A DNA stretch of 124,000 nucleotides, taken from contig OX597824.1 in NCBI GenBank assembly GCA_951406725.2, positions 32,260,001 through 32,384,000 of the forward strand, read 5' to 3'. The notes beneath the pieces are model-generated. The model searched no databases, was not told where the DNA came from, and saw only the letters and a list, made by a program, of their open reading frames with translations. Made by a program: the position numbers and the translations under genes. Below, piece after piece: positions 97,156-112,354 of the stretch; positions within the stretch are counted from its first letter, which is position 1; every line of letters starts with the position of its first letter. This DNA comes from Octopus vulgaris (lineage: Eukaryota).

Positions 97156-100100
97156 GAGGGTGAAGTGAAGATAATAGATGTTGCAATACCAGGTGATTCG
97201 AGGGTGAAATGTAAGGGAACAGAAAAGATTGAGAAATACCAGCCACTGCAGGATGAGATGGGAAAGTTATGGGACATCTGTAAAGTAATGGTGATACTAG
97301 TGGCAATTGGAGCATTAGGAACACTCTCCAAAGGTTTTGAAAACCATATTAAGAATATTGGAGCTGCTGTCAGGCTCAAGATGATTCAGAAGACAACATA
97401 GTTGGGTACAGCTCGCATTCTAAGTCACAGGAGAAGGCACTATTTGAAACCTTTAATGATTTGTTATTGCTTGCTTTCAAGTAAAGAATAACCGGTAATT
97501 AAGAACTATGTGAGTCTTTCAGAATAATAATAACAACAATAATAATAATAATAAATGTGGCATCTCAAGGTCATTACGATACCAGTGATTGTAGGAGCAT
97601 TAGGAATGATCAGAAAAGGAACTGAAAATTATTTGAGAATGATTCCTGGCCTCTGCAAGAAATGCAGAAGATTGTTTTAACTGGTACTTCACAGGTGCTG
97701 AGAAAATCATTGCTGCCATAAGAACAATAACTTTCCATATAATAAATATTTTTCTACATAACTTTATTTGATTTTGTAAATGAGCACTCTGGTGCATTTA
97801 TCTTAACGGCCTATGAATGTATACAGTGAGTTTCTGTGCCTTAGGTGTTGGGAAGACACTCAGCAAGAAATGGAAACAAAATTGAAGAAGAAAATCTCTC
97901 TAACAGGCTTATGGTGAAGCCTGTGGTAGTGGGGACCTCTGGCGTTCTTGGCCTCTGGACCATATTCTTGTTCACTGCTATAGAGGCAGAGATGTCTGTC
98001 TACAAGTGCAAGCCTCATGAGTTCCACAGCACTTCCTTCACCATCCTCCGGGACAACACCTTTTCCATTTTGTCTGGTGGGGCCATGAAGCAGTCTGACT
98101 TACAGGAAAATCTATGCTCCACTCCTTAAATACTTAGATCTAGGGTATCAATACTTAGAATATGAACTCCTATATTTTAATCTTTAAATAGATATAATTT
98201 GAAGTCTAAAACAATATTATGACTTAATGTTTTTATTCCATATGTCATAATATTAATAATAAGAACAATATATACATCAGTCTAAAATTTCATATAGAAT
98301 TTAAATCATTTTATCTTTCACCAGGAATTGATATGAAGTATATGGTTTATAATGATGATAATAAGTGTATTCTCTCTAAAATTTCATATAGATATTTTAA
98401 ATCAAATATTTTTATCTTTCACTACGAATTGATATTATGTGTATCGTTTATAACGATAATAATAAGTGTGTTCTCTCTTGAGTTCTATGATTCATCAGGC
98501 AGTTTTTTTTATTTTCATGGCACATAAGTGACTTAGTTCATGCCACTGACCATCAAAAGGGTGTCGGTTCATTGCAGGGTTTACTCATTTAGAGCTGAGT
98601 TAGCAAGAGCAACCTGAAATGAAGTACTTTGCTTAAGAACACAATGCACTGCTGGGTCTGAGAATTAAAACTACGATCTTACTATCATGAATACAACACC
98701 CTAATCACTAGGCCATGTGCTTTCATAATGATTATAATGAGAATGACAATAATGATAGCATTGTTAATGATAGTGATATAAAGAAGGATTGGAACAAATG
98801 TAACGATGATGATGATAGTGAAGGTAAAAATGATATTGATAACAAAAAACATTACTACAATGGCAAGTCCTTACCTCAAAGATTGTGTCTTCACAAAAGT
98901 TGACAAAACTTTCCAGTTTTTCTTTATCTCCTCCCTCATTGATCACGCTGTGCAAAAATGATCGTTTAGATTCCTAGGATAATAAAGAAGAAAAAAACAT
99001 TTAAGATAAATGTGAAGAAAATAAAGCATATCAACTCTTACAAGCAATGACAGCATGGCTGTTTATCATTTTACTGTCCTTTTTACATAATTTCTCTAAT
99101 TTTTTAACTGTGAAATTAAATTTTATGCTTATTCCAGTAACGATGTTAAACGTCTACCAAAGAAGAAAAAAAAATAGAATCGGTATTTTATGCGAGTCTC
99201 ATGCCAATATGGAACATGGACATTGAATGATGACCATCTCTCTCTCTGTCTCTGACACACACATGATATATTATATTATGTATATATAACGTACATATGT
99301 ATATATATATATACAAGTGTATGTATATATATATATCATCATCATCATCATCATCATCGTTTAACGTCCGTTTTCCACGCTAGCACGGGTTGGACAGTTC
99401 GACCGGGGTCTGGGAAGCCAGGGGCTGCACCAGGCTCCAGTCTGATCTGGCAGTGTTTCTACAGCTGGATGCCCTTCCTAATGCCAACCACTCTGCGAGT
99501 GTAGTGGGTGCTTTTTACGTGCCACCTGCACAGGTGCCAGGGGGGGGGGTCTGGCATCGGCCATGATCGGTTGGTTCTTTTAACGTGCCACCGGCACGGG
99601 AGCCAACCAAGGTGGCGCTGGCATCGGCCACATTTGGATGGTGCTTTTTATGTGCCACCGGCACAGAAGCCAGTCGAGGCTTATATATATACGGGATATA
99701 TTATTCACCATTACATGTTTCATTTGCTAATAGGACTTGCAAAGTTGTATATGTTGAATAAACATGTAAGAAATTTCCTTTTAGAAATTCTTCAGACTGA
99801 AAATCAAATTATCATTATCATCATCACTGTTTAACGTCTACTTTCCATGCTGACATGGGTTGGACATAATACATTATATTCTCCTTTTTATTATTTGATT
99901 CTCTGTTTGAAGAATTCCTAATAGGAAAGAAGTCTTATATATAGAAGAATGTTGTGGTGAGGATGTATAAATCCGAAGAAAAATATTTTATAAAGGAAAG
100001 TTAGTTGAACGGAAAAAGCTTAACAAAATCAAAAGAAGTAATCTTTATTTACCTTGATTTGAGGTTTTTCCCATTGGTCAATCTGTGACTGTTTGATCTC

Positions 100101-100492
100101 AAAATAAATACGTTCAATTCTGTTGGCACTACCCATGATCTCTATTCTGCCCAAGTAAGGTTTAAAGTAATCAAGGACACTTCGAGCCTTCTCAAGGAAG
100201 CGCTCAAGCCTAAGGAAAGAATATAATAAAATATAGTCCTTGTACAACAAGCCAAAAAAGTAAGATTTTAAGTGACAACAAATAAATAATATTCACACAC
100301 ACCACATACATACATACATACATACATATATAGTGGCACTACTATATATGAATATATGCAATTCTGAAGCCCTGTTCATTAACCAAATTATTCGTTGCAT
100401 GATTAATTGAAATACATATAAATATAAGTCATATCCAAACTCCATATAAAAACATGAAATGTTGTTTTATTTGTCCATCCATCAACAGTAAA

Positions 100493-100550
<58 letters not shown>

Positions 100551-102340
100551 TATATGCTTAACCACTAAATCTACAAGTTTTTTTCATTCTTCCTCTGTTT
100601 ATTTTCTCTTATTCCTTTCTGTTGAAGAGTGTTGGCTTGAAACATAAAAGACTTTTTCATTTTCCTGAGCATCAAACTAATACACTTGTTCGTTGTTCCT
100701 ACACCTGTCTTCATCTTTTGTTTTTCTATAAATTTTCTATATAATTTCTATATATATGTATGTTTGTGGTTTTCCCTTTGTCTTACTCCTCTCATCCAAG
100801 GTTATGTTTTTAGCAAAAAATATGAGAAACATTATCATTTTCTGTATAAAACCCGAAAACTTGAAAGCCACATAAAATGCATATATAGACATTAACGAAC
100901 TGTTTGTACACATTTCCCAGCCACTTATATTCATGCATAGTCTGCTTGTGCTCTGTTGTTCAAATTTTACCTTTTTGGGTGAATATAATTTTCTTCAGAA
101001 AAAATTTTTTATTCAATTTGTAAATTTAGAACAATGGTTCTCAACAATTTTTTGCTTACAGACACCATTGATTTCTATTTTACTCAGAAGAGACACCCTC
101101 ATAGCTGTTTGATGTCTAAAATCTCCTATTATATTTTTATGATTAAATATTAAGATTTATATTACAAAATTTTTAAACATTTTGTGTAATTGTAGAAATA
101201 TAACAATTTTATTGTACATAAATTTGAACAACCAAATTTCATATGGACCTTGAAGGGCCATATAAACCCAAATTGAGAACCACTGATTTAGAGAGCAGCT
101301 TATATACAGGATACTCCACTGTATTTAATGATTAAAATCCATTTTTGTGAGCTGCATTAAAAATAGGTACAAAACTAGACATATAATACAAGAATGTTTT
101401 AGATTGTAGGGGACACAAAATAAAATCAAAATTGAATATTAATTTATTTCATTACCGTGGATCATTGGGTGAGTGTTCAGAAAGATTAGTCAATAAGACT
101501 GCCATGGTGAAACCAATATCCTTTGCTGGATTATGGAAACGCTCAGTAAATTCATCATAATCAACTTTTCCATCCTGGTCCACATCGACACACATCATGA
101601 TGTAATCAATCTCCTCGCTACAAAAACAGCCACAATGAAATATTTTATCATAATAAAACCATATTGCAAAATGGCGGAAAAGTATATCATCGCAAAAATA
101701 CAAAAATATAATTGGAAATATTTGAAGAATATTTTCATTGAGAAATACTTTAAAATATCAATAAAATTCTATTGAATTTTATACAGATATTTTCTATTTA
101801 TCCAATATGAAATTAACAACAACAATAGTAGAAACTTTTAAATATTTATACATATTTTCAAGAAAATAAACGCTGAAATGTTAATTTTCTTTGTTATAAG
101901 TTTATGTTAACATTGGGCAGGAATATTTTTTTCCTATCTTTTCACTGATACAAAATGATCTTAATCATTGTTCAGATTGCAAATTAATGATTATGGAAAC
102001 TTGGCATCACAAAATAACCAAACTAATCTTAATTAATTAGTAAGATCTAACAAAGCTTTAAGTTCAATAATCAATTATTGATATTATTACATACAAATAT
102101 GGTTTAATAGCATTATATAACATTTATTCATTATTGTCCATAATGAATAATGAGAAAGCAAGTTATTCAGAAATATATATGATAGATACATAAATGTGTA
102201 TGGATATTCACACTTTTCTCTTAAACATAAATACATAAATATAAACATATACTTAAGACTTTGCAATCAGAAATTTTTGGTGGTTTAGTTAATATTAACA
102301 ATAAAAAATTAAAGTAAATTCTTATCAAGAAAAGATAAAA

Positions 102341-102416
<76 letters not shown>

Positions 102417-102506
102417 ATATGTATGTATGTGTATGTATATATATATACATGCATACACATGTCATATATATATACATATATATACACATACGTATATAGA
102501 TACATG

Positions 102507-102547
<41 letters not shown>

Positions 102548-102735
102548 ATATATATATATACATACATACATACACATATCATATATACATACATATATAG
102601 ATACATGTATGTATTTATATATATATATATACATACATATAAATACATATATATACAAACATATATGCATATATATATATATATATATATACATACATGC
102701 ATATATATATATATATACACATAAATATACATGCA

Positions 102736-102777
<42 letters not shown>

Positions 102778-103026
102778 CACACACATACATACATATATAT
102801 GCATACATACATATACATATATATATATATATATATACACACACATACATACATATATATGCATACATACATAAATATATTTATTTATATACATAATACA
102901 TACATACATACATAAATATATTTATTTATATACATAATACATACATACATACATATATATATATATATACATAATACATAAATACATACATATATATATA
103001 TATATACATAATACATAAATACATAC

Positions 103027-103061
<35 letters not shown>

Positions 103062-106000
103062 TTTATCATTTATCAACTTGATTGTATATATATATATATA
103101 TACAATCAAGTTGATAAATGATAGGATACACACCAAGGGATTCCTGTAATTTTTATCATGAGAATAAAATAATTTAAACAAATTATATTATAAAAGACTG
103201 AACCATATATATCATATATAAAATCTCTTGGTAAAGTAGCATCTAATAACCAGAAGTAATTCACAAAGTAGTTAATAACATTGAACAATAATGTTTATAA
103301 TTAACAATAAAATATTTAGAACAAATAAGGCATTTTTTTAGTGTCATTGATAAACAGTGTCAATATAGTAACATGTAAACATATGTAAAAAACAAATGTA
103401 AACAGATGATGTTTGTTAATGGTGCCAAGCACATACACACACAGAGAGAGGCAAGGATTTGAAAGTGCTAAAAGGAGATAAAGAAATGAAAAAAGAAGAC
103501 AAAAAACAGAAAAGAATCTATTAAAAAAAATAAACTAAATATTTAATATCTATTTAGATATGAAATTTCATATAACATTATAAAACATCACATTAGATAA
103601 GGATATAGAAATAAATATATTTTGAGTTCGTTTATGATATCAGATAAAAGAAAAAAAAACATGAACAATGAGGATAATGAAATGACATGTGCAACTTGTG
103701 TTGATGATCAATCTAAAATTGGTTATCAAAATAATTCAGTTGGGTAAAGTATTAAGATAATATGAAAGGTTAATTTAACTGTTCCAGCAAGTAAATACAT
103801 TTCTTCCAACTAAAACAAACAGCTTAATATTCTAATTACTGTACTGGCGCTCAATCCATTAAAACAACGAGGGTTCAAGTGGAACAGTGAAATTAATGTG
103901 CAAGTAGCTGAGCACGCCACAGACATGTGTACCCCTGACATAGTTTTCAGGGAGATTCAGTGTGATACAGAAAGTGACAAGGCTGGCCCTTTGAATTACA
104001 GATGCAACTCATTTTTGCCAGCTGAGTGGACTGGAGCAACATGAAAAGAAGTGTCTTGCTCAAGGACATTTTGCATTGCCAGGAATTGAACTCACGACCA
104101 TACAATCATGAACCGAATACCCTAACCTTCTAATTCCTGTAGCTAAAAGACACAAAAATATATTAGATGCACTTCAGTTTCAGTAGCGTTATATTCAGGA
104201 AAAAAGATATTTAGTGCATTAAAACATGTAATATAGGCCCAACTTAGCATACAGGACCTGCAGCAATTTTTAAAGATTTTTTTTTTGAGAAAAAGAGATT
104301 TCTTATACATCATCACATATGGTGTTTGAATTTTCAAATGGATTAGTAACAAAAAAAAAAAGAAAGAAACCCTTTTGATACCAGCCTGGTTGACTGTCTT
104401 CGGGTTTATGATATAAAACATCTTGTTGCAGAATATCTATATTTACATTAAAATCTTCCATCATAATTTATATGAGAACCCTTTTTTAAGTTATATTTTT
104501 AAATACTATGCAAGCGATGAGATCATCAGCTATTTTAATAAAACTTCTTCAAAATCTTCATTATTATCTAAATTAATTGAAACATTTGCACAACATGTCC
104601 CTTAAGAAATATAGCCATGAAGGTCTAAAAACAGAGTTGGACTAAAAATAAATCTAAAAATATTTGAATATTTTGATACATAAAACTGATATAAATTATT
104701 ACTTCACTGATATCACACTTTGCTGATATATTTGACTGATATCATAACTGAATTGAATGATATAATTGCTTAAAATTTTGTAAGCAATCTATTTTTATCA
104801 ATTCTTAGAGAAGTAGATACCTGAATCAAACTCTTTCAAGATATAGTAGTTAGAAATGTCAACAAGTGTTTCAGAGGTAAAAAAATAAAACAGCAGTTCT
104901 ATTGTTATTTACACTGCTTTCCAGACCAATACCAATAAAATTGTTGAGAATTTCTTTGTTGTAAAGATGTTTGATATTGATCCTTACTTACTTCCTTTAA
105001 TAAAATAATAAACAAGCAAAACCTGATCAGGTGTATTGTCCAGTGCAACAGTGATGTGTGATCGATGTAAACATCTGAATAATGGAGAAGAGAGAGAAAG
105101 AAGGAGAGAGAGAAAGGTTAAGAGAGGAAGGGGAAATATAAATAATGATGAGAGTTACATGGGAGAGATGAAAAAGAGATGAGAAAGAAATAGAGAGGGG
105201 AGGAGGAGAAAGACAAGGTGAGAGACAGAGACAGACAAAGAGAGAATGAATGAGAAAGGGCATACATGTTACATGGTTGGAAACTTATTGTAAAATTTTT
105301 ATTTATTTTTATTTCTTCATCATATAACAGATTTATATGAAAAACCTTAGAAATCTGGGCATTCTCCTTCTCTTTGTTGCTGTCATCATCATCATCATCA
105401 TTATTTCATTTTGGTTTTTCATGCAAGCAAGGGTTGAATGGATTATCATAGTTCAAGTAAATCCACATTTTGAGGTTACTGACCATCTCCCCAAGACAGA
105501 GTGGAGGGCCACCTTTTGCTTGTATATTCCATTTTCTTAACATGGTCTCTATTGCATGAGCCCTTTTTGCCCTAACCTCTTTACACACACATCAGAACGA
105601 GGTGCCAATGCATAGTGTCAAAAATCCCAATATTGCCACCAAGACACAGATTCTGCAACAGCTTGGATTTCAAGGGCTCACAGCTCTTCAATATTCACCC
105701 CCAAAATCCTGAGAGTACCTGCATGCTGTGGATACAGGTGTCATCAAAACAGAACTGGATTTCCTCCTGTCAAGAGTTCTGGATGAGCTTACTTCACAGC
105801 AGGAAATACAGATGAGGACTGCAGCATCAAACTCACTTCATTCTCATTCATCAAATTTCATATCAAATTCCACATGTCAGAAGTGGTTTCAAATAGTGAA
105901 GGTGTAGCAATGCTAACAGTGGTGGCCTAACAGGGCTGTAGCTCTTGAGCTGGAACTAGTTAAATTTATTCCAGTACTAAAGACACAGTCATGCTTTTGA

Positions 106001-107516
106001 TAAAGTGAAAGTATTCTCTGAGGACTCTATATTCATCATCATCATCATCATCGTTAAATGTCCGCTTTCCATGCTAGCATGGGTTGGACGATTCAACTGG
106101 GGTCTGGGAAGCTAGAAGGCTGCACCAGGCCCAGTCTGATCTGGCAGTGTTTCTACGGCTGGATGCCCTTCCTAACGCCAACCACTCCGTGAGTGTAGTA
106201 GGTTCTTTTTACGTGCCACCAGCACAGGTGCCATACGAGGCTGGCAAACGGCCAAGATCGGATGGTGCTTTTTACGTGCCACCGGCACAGAGACCAGACG
106301 AAGCTGGCAACAGCCACGATCGGATGGTGCTTTTTACGTGCCACCAGCACAGAGGCCAGTCAGGGCAGCTCTGGCTACAGCCATGTTCGGACGGTTTTCT
106401 TACGTGCCACAGCTACAAATTCCATTGATGTTGATTGATTAAGATTTTGATTTGTCCCTGTTTATACACTGACTATTTTAACTGGGTGTACTGGATACAT
106501 TTTAACATGGCATCACTGCTAGAGAGGCTACTTTTTACCTTACAAGATTAAAGAGTTCTCTTGATTTTACATTCTCTCCTTTCATTCAACTCAAATAAGA
106601 TTGAGTGGGTGAATTGAAGAGTGGGTGATGGTAGAGCGATAGCTATCATGGGAGGGAGAAGGAAGAGTGAGAGAATGAGTAGGGGGGAGAGACTGACAGG
106701 AGCAGAAAATGAGACAGTGATGAGCAGCAATACACGTTGGCTGTTAATGATTAATATTTGAAACCCTAGAATAACAAGTTAAATTAATTAGGTATTAATT
106801 ATGATCATTGATTCACCAGATTAATTTCAAAGCACCCAACACAAAATTCAGCAAATCTAAATACTATAATTAAATAACAACTTTAATAAAACAATTAATT
106901 AATAAAACCACTCAATAAACTTCAAAAATATTTAAAACATTTTTTTCTCAAAAATCTATTTTATTTTGTTTGAAAAGCAAAGAAAATTTTTGGAAAAAAT
107001 CACATTTTTTAAATTTCAACTTTCTTCTTGTTTTGTCATGCAAACTAATAGAGCAAGCACTGAATTCCATTCTACATTGTCTTGTTTTTTTTTTGTTTTT
107101 TTGATACGGCAATAGAAGTAACTGTAGCAGGAACTACACTCTAAAAACAAATATGAGAGCAGATAGCAACAATTGTAAAAAAAAAAATCAACAAAAGTTT
107201 GTAGTAGTAGTAGTAGTTGTAGTAGTAATAGTAGTAGTAGTGGTGCTAGTAGTCATGGAAACAGCAACAGAAGAATTTTTTTTAACTTTATTTTTTTTCT
107301 TATTTCTTACATGCTTTTTGACTTACTTAGAATACACTTTTTGCTGTTCCATTGCATTACGGAATTCTTTGAGGGATACGGTGCCATCTTGATTAGCATC
107401 AAATTCCTGATAGGGCAGAGGCAAATGAAAGGTAATAATTGATAACTAAGCAGGACAGCTAAAATTGATGAAGACATTTCCAGCAAAATAGAGCAATAAT
107501 AATAATGATAATAATG

Positions 107517-107580
<64 letters not shown>

Positions 107581-109274
107581 TAATAATAATAAAAGGAATA
107601 ATAATGATAAAAAAAGAAATTATAAAACTTGTGGAATAAAAACAGAACAAGAAATTAAAAAAACAAACAAAATCTCAAATGAATACTGAGAAAATGGTGA
107701 TGTATACAAATTGTATTGTACAGATGAAAACTTGAGAAATTCTAACCATAACCTGCTAAAAACAGAAGTGAACCTTCCCTCAAATCACACCCTACTATCT
107801 TTAAAAAAATGATATTTTAATAAACATTTCAGTGAAAGTACTAATGTGGCAGTAATGTAACAAAAGTTGCGAATCATAAGTAGACATCGTATACAGGAGA
107901 TAGTACTACATGTATTATAAATGGAAAATGCTGAGTGAAAATGGTGTGAGAAGAAAAACTAGTTCTAACAATGATGGGATATGATAAAGGAGGAGAAAAC
108001 AAGAGGTATGGCATAAGACTATTGTACATCTGTCTGAACCATACTAACCATACTATTAAAATGAGGATAAGGATGATAACTTATAAAAATTAATATAATT
108101 CTAAAACTGCATTTACTAAGAGACTCTCAGTTAAAACCCAAGATATTTAGGCTATACCATAAAACTTCTAAAAGCTAATCAAGTTAGAGACTAAAATGTT
108201 GATTAAAATGTTGATTGAGTAAGAAAATATTCAAGCTTTTCTGATGTAGATTTTCCCTTCTCTACAAAACTTAAACCAAATGAGTCAAGAAATTTACTAT
108301 TTCATTGAAGCTAAATATATTTGTGACCATTTGTTCGTGTTTCCTATGTCAATAGAAAAGAAAAACATCTTCCTAAGAAGAAAAACAATGGAAGATACAG
108401 TTAATCAATCTAAAAATATTGCGATCACATGACCGGCCAGGCAATCAGATGTTTCATATTGCAGGTTACAATGTGTTTTGCATCGTTTTAGCCATCAAAT
108501 GATTCCACCCCATTGGCTAGGTGAACAGGCCAACTTTCCCCTCCGGTTGAAAGGGACACTGGAGCAACAAGAAATGAAGTGTTTTGCTCAAGAACACAAA
108601 ACATTGCTTGATCTAGGAATTGAACCCAAGATTTAGCAATTGTAAGTGCAACCTATTTTAGAGGTATTTGTTTTGTCCTCTCCATATAATAGCTAATATT
108701 TTATTTGAATCACTTAATGTTGCTGAGAATGAAATCTTAAATTAAAAGGTATGCTAAGTGCAATAATGGCATAATCAATAGTGACACAACTATTGTAATA
108801 TTAGTTTCAAATTTTCGAATAAAGCTAGCAATTTTGGTGTGGAAGTGTATGTAAGTAGTGGCAACTGGAATTTATTTTATCGACCTCGAAAAGATGAAAG
108901 GTAAAGTTGGCCTCAGTGGAATTTGAACTCAGAATGTAATGAAGGACGAAATGCCACTAAGCATTTTGCCTGGAACACTAATAGTTCTGTCAGTTTGCTG
109001 CCTTCACGCAACTATTGTAATATTGTCATTGTCATCATTATGTCTGTGACACAAAGACTTTGATAACAACAATAGTATTGTTCTATATTTAAGAGATAAG
109101 GAATTATGTACATTATTTACATTATTTACATTTGACAGATATTTGTTCTCATCTTGTTTGTTGTTAACACAAAGTTTCGGTTGATATACCCTCCAACCTT
109201 CATCAGGTGTCTTGGAGAAATTTCAAACCTGGGTTCTCATTCCTAAGGTATTTTTGGATGTTATCATTGTTATT

Positions 109275-109305
<31 letters not shown>

Positions 109306-109984
109306 TTATTATCCAACTCGGAATCTTGGGGTTAGTAGCCCATGCTTTTAACCCCAAGATTCCAGTGGACTACTAACCCCAAGGTTCTGAGTTCGATTCC
109401 AGGTAGTGACCTGAATAATAATAATAATAACATTGAAAAATACCTTAGGAATGAGAACCCAGGTTCGAAATTTCTCCAAGATACCTGATGAAGGCTGGAG
109501 GGTATGTCAGCTGAAACGTGTTAGCAACAAACAAGATGATGACAAATATCTGTCAAATGTAAATAATGTAAATAATGTACATAATTCTCCTCATCTCTTA
109601 AATATAGGACTGTATTATCTAATCGGTACGGAGCTGACATTAGACTTCAATGGAGACATATAGAGAAGCTCCATCAAAAACTAGCTCATCTTTCAAACCA
109701 TCTAATTTTCTTGTGTAGATGAAGAGACTTAAATCTAATACCACCTGGCTTGAATATAATGACACCAGTGGATTCATATAAAGCTAGAGGAGTAGCAGAA
109801 AGGGCAGGACATATCCTTGAACATATCCTTGACTGTGAGAGGAACCATTACAACCATTGGAAAAAACATCAACTAAATGCCCATGGGCATATGGCATAGT
109901 GGTTAAGAGTGCGGGCTACCAACCCCAAGATTCCGAGTTTGCTTCCAAGCAGTAACTTGAATAATAATAATAATAATAATAATA

Positions 109985-110037
<53 letters not shown>

Positions 110038-110077
110038 AATAATAATAATAACAATAATAATAATAATAATAATAATG

Positions 110078-110133
<56 letters not shown>

Positions 110134-112151
110134 ATTAGAAATACCTTAGGAATGAGAACCCAGATTTGAAATTTCCCCAAGACACCTGATGGAGGCTGGA
110201 GGGTATATCAGCCGAAACGTGTTAACAACAAACAAGATGAAGACAAATATCCATCAAATATAAATGATGTAAATATGAACAATAGTATCATTGGTGATAA
110301 ATATGAAACTTAATATTGCTTCTGATGAACCAATGATGAACTCTCTATATGGTCATTTGGTCTACCAAAAGTAGTAAATAAATCTTTAATATAATACCAT
110401 ATTCTCTTGAAAAAGAGAAATAACTCTTTTGATGATGTAGTTTAATGCTGATGGGGAGAGCATGACATTGATTATAGATTTACTAGTTTAGCAATACAGC
110501 TTCTGGTTATCAGAGTTGAATTCAGTACTGATACTTGATAAACACCCATTAATTGCAATGGAGAATTGTACCAGAGGTGCTGTAAGCTAATGGGTGTGCT
110601 GAGTGTCTTATTCACAGAAAGTGTAGCTCCAGGAAAAGATTATAGGCTGTTACTCCTTCAGCTTATTGACCATTATCTTACTGACTCGGTCATCTGTAAT
110701 TTTCAAAACTGAGTAAAGAACATGTGATATGTTTGTCAAAATTGTTTCATCACCTAGCTGATTGATTGATTGACTGACTGACCGAATGATCAATCAAACA
110801 ATTGATTAATTAATTGGTTAAATATTTAACCAATTGACCAAAGACAATGGCATCAAATTTTGGCACAGGGCCAGCAATTTTTAAGGGGAAGGGTAAGTTG
110901 ATTACATCGACTCCCAGAATTTGACTAGTGCTTATTTTATCGACTCCAAAAGGGTGGAAGGCAAAGTTAACTTCAGTGGAATTTGAACTCAGGATGTAAA
111001 GACAGACTAAATGCCACCAAGCATTGTCTGGCATGCTAACAATTCTGTCAGCTCACTGCCTTCACTTAACCAAAAGTAATAAAAGAAAAGAAAAAAAACT
111101 GAACCAGTGCAAGTAATATGGACCCTCTTGAGATACAACAAAATATGATAGTTTAGAATTCTTAAAAATGACTTGGTCAGATAAATGGTGTTTAGGGAGT
111201 TAATAACTGGCAAAGGTTATATTTACTACTCAGATATGTAGCCATGTTATAACTACTGTAATTATGATGATTTTAATGAAAATATTAATGTGGAAGATGA
111301 TAAGAATGATGATGGTGATGATAGTATTTGTATAGTAAAATACTCCATCTACTACAAAAAATACATTTTTGTTGACTGCCATAAATATTTTCGTTTCAAT
111401 TAGAATAATTACTTTTTCTATAAATATTTATCATACCTGTAAGACTAATTACACCAATATCATGAGTAAAATTTCCCTTCATTCCTTTATTTAAATATAT
111501 GTCTTTGAAAAACTAGTCATACACAAATGCTTACATTTTGTAATTTGGATAGTTTTCAGTTTGTAATGAAACACACGATTTTTTAATTCTTCATGCATAA
111601 AAAGAAATATATAAAAAATAAAATAAAAACAAACTATCAAATTGTATAGCACCAATGACAATAAACTATTTCAAAGCGACAGAATATTTCAAATGGTACA
111701 AAAACATTCAACATAAGGGTATAGGTTTGAGAGTTTGAAAATAAGAGATAAATCTATAAAATAAATAAATAAATATATAACGACTCAAAATAAAGCAGAA
111801 TATAGAATAGAAAAGGACATAAGTAAGCAGGAACAGATATCTGTTAATGAACAAATTAATTAATGAATAGTAAAAGGATATGCATTCGTTAAATAATAAA
111901 GAAAAGTACATTCAAGAATGAAATTATGTGGTGACTAGAATTCAAACCAAATGAAGAAGATGAAGACACAGAAAATTGACTGTTTGCTGGCACCAACTCA
112001 GGCAAAGAATATTAAAAAAGAATAATGTATATTTGAAGATATAGAAGATTGTACTGAAATCATGCACACCTCTATGCACATGTGTGTGTATGTGTGTTTG
112101 TGTATATATACATACATGTATATATATATATATATACATATGTATATATAT

Positions 112152-112182
<31 letters not shown>

Positions 112183-112296
112183 CATATATACATAAATATA
112201 TTTGCATAAATATATATTCATACATATATATATGTATATAACATTTATATGTATAATATATATATTGTATATAAATATATTTATAATTATGTGTAA

Positions 112297-112354
<58 letters not shown>

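Noticed and set aside
102221-102915. Poly-Y/I/V/C ORFs (also at 36135-36703, 38993-39620, 111942-112384, 118361-119148)
   Set aside because: (TA)n/(CA)n microsatellite read-through. Only the embedded 66-nt RyR exon at 119002-119067 is real.
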